Below, one piece after another: positions 52,477 through 57,327 of a stretch of DNA of 57,327 nucleotides. The notes under the pieces are model-generated. The model saw only the letters and a program-made list of their open reading frames with translations, had not been told where the DNA came from and did no database searches. The stretch lies in assembly GCA_016870535.1 (NCBI GenBank), contig VGBK01000005.1, positions 1 through 57,327 of the forward strand, given 5' to 3'. Position numbers and translations under genes: made by a program. Each line of letters opens with the position of its first letter. The stretch's first letter is position 1. This DNA comes from Actinomycetota bacterium (lineage in GTDB: Bacteria > Actinomycetota > Acidimicrobiia > Spongiisociales > UBA11373).

Positions 52477-53268
52477 GTGGGCCGGGGCGAGCCGGGGATC
52501 TGGCGGGCCGCCGCCCGGCCCACCGAGCACGGCGGGTGGGGGTTCACCCTGGAGCCCGTGCTGCTGGGCCTGGCGGTGGCCCCGAGCCGGGCGGGAGGGG
52601 GGTTGGCGGCGGCCGCCTTCGCCGTCTTCCTGGCCCGCCGTCCTCTCCGCCTCCTGGCGGAAGACGTTCGCCGGCGCCGCCACCTCCCCCGCACCCGAGC
52701 GGCGGGAGGGGTGCTGGCAGTCTGCCTCGCCGTCGTCGCCGTTGGGCTGATCGCCGCCGCCCGTCTGGCCGACGGGCCGTTCTGGTGGGCGCTGCTCGCC
52801 GCGGCGCCGGCGGCGGCGTTCCAGGCGGGAGCCGATCTCGCCCGCCGCGGCCGCACCTTTCCCGCCGAAGCGGCGGGGGCCATTGCCATGGGGGCTGCCG
52901 CCCCCGCCATCGCCCTGGCCGCCGGATGGGGGCCGGGCCCGGCGTTCGGCCTCTGGGCGGTGGTGGCGGGGCGAGCCCTCCCTTCCATCCTGCTGGTGCG
53001 CGCCCAGATCCGCCGGGGCCGGGGAGGGTCGGCGGCACCCCTCCCCTGCCACGCCGCCCACCTGGTGGCCGCCGCCGCCCTGAGCGGGTTGGCGGCGGGC
53101 GGGCAGGTGCCCTGGACCGCCGGCGCGGCCGTCGCCGCCCTGTGGGCCGGGGCGTCGGCGGCTTTGGGCCGGCCCCCGGTGCCGGCCCGCACATTGGGCT
53201 GGACCCAGGTGATGGCCGGCCTGCTCTTCGTCGCGGCCACCATCGCCGGTCACCACCTCGGCTGGTGA
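52477..53268 (+). CDS. YwiC-like family membrane protein
   Basis: PTEHGGWGF signature, multiple TMs, ARTLGWTQ; AAGGAAGG RBS before GTG 52477. Confidence 0.85.
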   Translation: MGRGEPGIWRAAARPTEHGGWGFTLEPVLLGLAVAPSRAGGGLAAAAFAVFLARRPLRLLAEDVRRRRHLPRTRAAGGVLAVCLAVVAVGLIAAARLADGPFWWALLAAAPAAAFQAGADLARRGRTFPAEAAGAIAMGAAAPAIALAAGWGPGPAFGLWAVVAGRALPSILLVRAQIRRGRGGSAAPLPCHAAHLVAAAALSGLAAGGQVPWTAGAAVAALWAGASAALGRPPVPARTLGWTQVMAGLLFVAATIAGHHLGW

Positions 53269-53350
53269 GGGCCCGGCCTGCCGTGCCCGGCCGATGCGTC
53301 GGGCCGAAGCGGCACTTCTCCTGCCGGTGCCGGGCCCGGTTCGCCGGCAC

Positions 53351-55021
53351 TCAGCGAGCGGGGAGCACCTCGCACTCCTCGGAGAGCCCCGTTGCCCCCT
53401 CGTCGGTCTCCACCTCGACCAGAGCCGACTGCACCCGGCGGCGGATCCGCTCTGAGTCCACGATGGGCAGGTTGCGGAAATCCAGTTCCGGGGCGTAGTA
53501 GGGATGCCCGAAAACCACGGTGGCGATGTCGTCGTAGTCGAGCAGCGCGGCGTAGCCGATGAGATCGGGGAGGAAGGACAGCGGCAGGTTGGTGGTGGTG
53601 CTCTCCCGCACCGCCCGGGCGATCTGGGGGAAGTGCCACGCCAGGGTGGCCGGAGTCGCCTGGGCCGCCAGGGCGCGCAACGTGCAGCGCTGGCGGCGCA
53701 TGCGGGCGGCGTCGTTGGTGTTGGTCCGGTTGCGCACGAAGGCCAGCGCCTGATGCCCGTCGAGGTGGTAGTTGCCCGGTTCGGCGATGGTGACCACCAC
53801 CGGGTCTTCACCGGGGCGAGCCGGGGAGAACCCGACATCCATGGTCTCGGTGATGTACAGGTCGAGGCCGCCGAGGGCGTCCACCAGATCGACGAAGCCG
53901 GCCATGTCGACCAGCACGTAGTAGTCGATGGGCAGGCCCAGCATCAGGCTCAGGGCCTGGCGCAGCGCCTCCATGCCGGGATCGGGAGCCCGAGGGAAGG
54001 TCCGCACCCAGGTGCTGGTGAAGGTCCAGAGGCCGTTGATGCGGTCCGGGAAGCACCGGCAGGACTCGAAACCCTCGCGCGCCGGCGGCTCCTCTCCGGC
54101 CTTTTCGGCCTCCCTCACCGCCAGGCTGTACTGCATGTCGATGAAGGACTGGTCCCACCCCCGCGGGAGCGGCGGGTTGATCATGTCGCGAGAGATGCTG
54201 AAGAGCACCGCCCGCCCCGTCTGCAGGTTCATGGTGGCCACGATCATCACGTCGGTGCGCAGGCTCCACCGTCCCGGCCCGGCGTCGCCCCCGGCGAGGA
54301 GCACGGTGAGGCGATCCTTCTCGAGGCGCTCGTGCAGGGGGGGGAACGGCGCCTCGAACAGAGTGGCCTCACGCGGGGTGATCACCGGCCGCACCGGGTG
54401 CAGGTCGTCCTCGGGGATCCAGGTCTCCTTCCCCCACTCGAAGGCGTTGGGGGGGAGGGTGGAAGGGGTGATCACCGGGAGGAGGGTGGTGGTGGGGCCC
54501 AGGTCCTCCTCCCGCACCCCCTGCTCGCGCAGTTCGCGCTCCCGCTCCTCCAGGGATGGCACCTTGCCGGGCGCCGCCAGCGCCTGGACGGTGCTGATAC
54601 CTTCTACGCCGTAGTAGGCCACCACGGCGTGCGGCACCGCCACCGCGACCAGGAGCAGGACCACGACGATGCGAGCCGGCCAGCCCCGGCCCGGTTGCCT
54701 GCCGGGGCGCCGGCGGCGCTCCAGCAGGTAGGCGTCCACCACGGCGAACCCCCGCACCGCCAGCACCAGCAGGTTCACCGCCAGCAGCACCCACAACCAG
54801 CGGGGCTGGACGAAGATGCGCAGCAGGTAGATCTTCCCGCGAGCGGCGAACCAGAGGGTGGCGCCCAGGCCGGCTCCGGCCCAGGCCAGCAGCAGCACCG
54901 CCCGCCTTCGCCGCCCGGCATGCCACTGCCCCGCTCCCGGCAGCAGGGCCGACATGAAGGCGGCCAGGGTGGGCCGCCCTCGGCGGCCCGGCGCGTCGGC
55001 ACCACTGCCCAGGTCGATCAA
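53351..55021 (-). CDS. LCP (LytR-CpsA-Psr) family cell-wall phosphotransferase
   Basis: RTDVMIVA, FSISRD, IDYYVLVDMAGFVDLVDALGG, LDGHQALAFVRNR, D..RMRRQ. Confidence 0.92.
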   Translation of the reverse strand: MIDLGSGADAPGRRGRPTLAAFMSALLPGAGQWHAGRRRRAVLLLAWAGAGLGATLWFAARGKIYLLRIFVQPRWLWVLLAVNLLVLAVRGFAVVDAYLLERRRRPGRQPGRGWPARIVVVLLLVAVAVPHAVVAYYGVEGISTVQALAAPGKVPSLEERERELREQGVREEDLGPTTTLLPVITPSTLPPNAFEWGKETWIPEDDLHPVRPVITPREATLFEAPFPPLHERLEKDRLTVLLAGGDAGPGRWSLRTDVMIVATMNLQTGRAVLFSISRDMINPPLPRGWDQSFIDMQYSLAVREAEKAGEEPPAREGFESCRCFPDRINGLWTFTSTWVRTFPRAPDPGMEALRQALSLMLGLPIDYYVLVDMAGFVDLVDALGGLDLYITETMDVGFSPARPGEDPVVVTIAEPGNYHLDGHQALAFVRNRTNTNDAARMRRQRCTLRALAAQATPATLAWHFPQIARAVRESTTTNLPLSFLPDLIGYAALLDYDDIATVVFGHPYYAPELDFRNLPIVDSERIRRRVQSALVEVETDEGATGLSEECEVLPAR

Positions 55022-55154
55022 CTCGCCGGCTCCCGCCTCACGTGATCACGATAGGGTGGTTCGCCGACTGCGCCGGCCGGAGGGGCGGCACAGGGCGCCG
55101 GAAGACCCCCGGCCCGGACCGCCCCGGTCTCCCGAGTGCGCGAGACTCAGGGCT

Positions 55155-56090
55155 ATGAGCGGCGGATCGGCGGTGGCCCGTCTGGCCCGGCAAGGGGTCT
55201 TCCTGGGCACCTGCTCCTGGACCGACCCCACCCTGATCGAAGCCGGCACCTTCTATCCCCACCGGCAGATGACCGCCGCCGAGCGCCTCGCCCACTATGC
55301 CGCCCAGTTCCCTCTCGTCGAGGTCGACGCCACCTACTACGCCCCGCCGGCCGCGCGCACTGCCGGGCTCTGGGTGGAGCGCACCCCGGCCGACTTCACC
55401 TTCGACGTCAAGGCTTTCCGCCTGCTCACCCAGCACCCCACTCCGCTCCGTTCGCTATGGAAGGACATCGCCGCCGCCCTGCCGGAGGAGTTGAAGGCCA
55501 GGAAGAACCTCTACGCCCGGGACCTCCCGCGGGAGTTGCTGGCGGAGGGGTTCGATCGCTTCGTGTCGGCCCTCCTGCCGCTGCACTCGGCGGGGAAGCT
55601 GGGGGTGGTTCTCTTCCAGTTGCCCCCCTACGTGGCCCCCTCTAGAGGCGCCTACGGCTACCTGGCCTGGGCGGCGGAGCGCCTCTCCGAGTACCGGGTG
55701 GCGGTGGAGTTCCGCCAGGAGCGCTGGATGGACGAAGCGCACCGGGGCTCCACCCTCGCCTTGCTGGAGGAGCACGGCCTCACCTATGTGTGTGTGGACG
55801 CTCCGCAGGGGTTTCGCAGTTCGGTGCCGCCCGTGGCCGCCGCCACCGCATCGCTCGCCGAGGTCCGCTTCCACGGCAGGAACACGGAAACCTGGGAGGC
55901 GCCGGGCATCGGCGCGGCCGAGAGGTTCCGTTACGACTACACGTCGCCCGAACTCGGGGAGTGGGTACCCCGGGTGAGGGCTCTGGCGGAGCAGGCGGGC
56001 CGGGTCCACGTGCTGATGAACAACTGCTACGCCGACTACGGGGTGAGGAGCGCCCGCCTGCTGGCCGACCTGCTCGACCAGGCCTGGTGA
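55155..56090 (+). CDS. DUF72 (YecE/YunF) family protein
   Basis: GTCSW, VEVDATYY, F.VKA, LFQLPP, AVEFR, VRFHGRN, MNN; start ATG 55155. Confidence 0.92.
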   Translation: MSGGSAVARLARQGVFLGTCSWTDPTLIEAGTFYPHRQMTAAERLAHYAAQFPLVEVDATYYAPPAARTAGLWVERTPADFTFDVKAFRLLTQHPTPLRSLWKDIAAALPEELKARKNLYARDLPRELLAEGFDRFVSALLPLHSAGKLGVVLFQLPPYVAPSRGAYGYLAWAAERLSEYRVAVEFRQERWMDEAHRGSTLALLEEHGLTYVCVDAPQGFRSSVPPVAAATASLAEVRFHGRNTETWEAPGIGAAERFRYDYTSPELGEWVPRVRALAEQAGRVHVLMNNCYADYGVRSARLLADLLDQAW

Positions 56091-56145
56091 GAGAAGCAGG
56101 AAGCAACCCCATCTGGTAACGACTGGTTCACCGCGCCGGGTCTCT

Positions 56146-56164
56146 TGTGCTACTACGTAGCACA
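56146..56164. promoter_or_regulatory. Toxin-antitoxin operator palindrome
   Basis: TGTGCTAC-TAC-GTAGCACA perfect inverted repeat ending on the A of the antitoxin ATG. Confidence 0.75.
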
Positions 56165-56437
56165 TGACTGAGATCGGAGTCCGAGCCCTCAAGCAGAACG
56201 CTTCCGCGGTGGTGGCTCGTGCCGCCGCCGGAGAGTCGCTCACCATCACCGATCGGGGCCGAGCCGTCGCCCAAATGGTCCCCCTCCAGACAAGCCGTCT
56301 CGACACCCTCATCGCCGGAGACCAGGCACGGCCGGCGCTGCGGTCTTTGCACGGGCTGCCCCCCGACGCGGCGCCGGCGCGGCCGGCCCCCTCTCTCCGC
56401 CGTGCTGGCCGAGATGCGCCAGGAGGAGCGATCCTGA
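56164..56437 (+). CDS. vapB: Phd/YefM-family (VapB) antitoxin with apparent +1 frameshift
   Basis: IGVRALKQNASAVV...ITDRGRAVAQMVP; typical tail PLSAVLAEMRQEERS* lies in another frame ending at 56437. Confidence 0.82.
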
Positions 56438-56438
56438 C

Positions 56439-56828
56439 GTGTTCTACCTCGACACGTCGGCAGCGGTCAGGCTGGTGGTAGCCGAGGCCGGTTCCAGGGC
56501 ACTGCGCACGTGGCTCTCCTCTCGCCAGGATCGCATCGCCTCGAGCGACCTGCTCCGCACCGAATTGCTGCGGGTGACCCGCCGGGCGGCGCCTGAGGCC
56601 ATGGTCCAGGCGCGAGCCGTGCTCGATGCGGTGATCCTCCTGAAGATGACGACCGCGATGTTCGAGCGGGCGGCGACCCTGGATCCCGAGGCGCAGCGGA
56701 GCCTCGACTCGCTGCACCTCGCCGCCGCCATGGAGTTCGGAGATGACCTCGAAGGGATCATCACCTACGACACCCGCTTGGCCGCCGGCGCCGCGGCCGT
56801 CGGAGTCACCGCCGTAGCGCCGCGCTGA
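56439..56828 (+). CDS. vapC: VapC PIN-domain toxin
   Basis: YLDTSA, RTEL, RSLDSLHLAAA, TYD. Confidence 0.92.
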   Translation: MFYLDTSAAVRLVVAEAGSRALRTWLSSRQDRIASSDLLRTELLRVTRRAAPEAMVQARAVLDAVILLKMTTAMFERAATLDPEAQRSLDSLHLAAAMEFGDDLEGIITYDTRLAAGAAAVGVTAVAPR

Positions 56829-56945
56829 CCCAGGCAGACGGCATCAGCCTTCCGCGAAGCCCGACGCGACGATCCGACGGCGCCCGCGCCTTCCCGGCAT
56901 CCCCCGGGCTCGGCGGCCTCCCGAAGGGGCCTTGCGGACTCGGGC

Positions 56946-57154
56946 TCATTGCCGAGACGGCCGAGTCGTCGATGAGGGCTCGATCCGAGCGCTGGTCGGA
57001 ACGTGATCGAGCGAGCGATCCGACGAGACGATCTCCCGGATTCCGGCAGCCTCCGCCGAGGCGCCGAAATGGGCCCCGGCGAAGTTGCCGCCGCGCGCCT
57101 CGCACATCTCGATCGACCGGAGCGGCAGGGCGGAATCGAGTGGACGCATCGCCG
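56946..57154 (-). pseudogene. Decayed C-terminal fragment of a PIN-domain toxin gene, truncated by the IS
   Basis: LDSALPLRSIEMCE...NFAGAHFGASAEAAGIREIVSSDRSLDHVP..RIEP resembles PIN DF.DA...SFD, with one acidic residue lost. Confidence 0.6.
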
Positions 57155-57327
57155 TGTCAATGGCCAAGTTGTGGTCCCCGCTGGTGGCCAACTGGAAGTC
57201 CCCACCCCTCGGGGTTGATCAGGGCTTCGGTTTGGGGCCACCACCCCCTTTCGCTCTCGCCTGGCGCATCCTGAACGATTCGCCGTCGGTGACTACGACG
57301 ACGCTGTGGTGGAGGAGGCGGTCGAGG
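57155..57327 (-). mobile_element. IS21-family insertion sequence, right end (continues beyond window)
   Basis: Terminus TGTCAA at 57155; two TGGCCAA..GTCCCC repeats (57161-57180 and 57185-57204); IstB C-terminus adjacent. Confidence 0.85.
57219..57327 (-). CDS. istB: IS21 helper ATPase IstB, C-terminal fragment
   Basis: Manual translation LDRLLHHSVVVVTDGESFRMRQARAKGGGGPKPKP*; DRL.HH..G.S.R is the IstB C-terminal signature. Confidence 0.85.
   Translation of the reverse strand, partial: LDRLLHHSVVVVTDGESFRMRQARAKGGGGPKPKP

Overview
A very GC-rich bacterial chromosome segment, most consistent with Actinomycetota and probably Acidimicrobiia-like (inferred from WhiB1, DUF3107, an MshB/Mca-type deacetylase, argS divergent from tRNA-Arg(CCG), and frequent TANNNT leaderless starts). 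The left half is mostly core genome: a complete F1Fo ATP synthase operon (atpZ-I-B-E-F-H-A-G-D-C), tsaC, prmC, prfA, DUF1385, type-B rpmE, rho, transaldolase, argS and tRNA-Arg(CCG). The middle is an Fe-S/redox neighbourhood: whiB1 with a Rex/CRP-type operator, a Cys-free Mrp, a 3-Cys HTH regulator, acnA and TlpA. The best candidate for an undescribed system is at about 31.8-35.3 kb: two coupled membrane-anchored atypical HD-GYP genes, preceded by tiny PA(D)EPP-motif ORFs and divergent from an uncharacterised partner protein. Other notable items are tandem malic enzymes with opposite cofactor signatures, a degenerate pyrophosphatase paired with a stand-alone cNMP domain, and a MarC/alpha-barrel/ALDH operon. 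The right edge has a vapBC pair with a perfect operator and a frameshifted antitoxin, plus the end of an IS21-family element inserted into a decayed PIN gene. No CRISPR array or rRNA was seen. All family calls come from motif recognition by eye; no searches were run.
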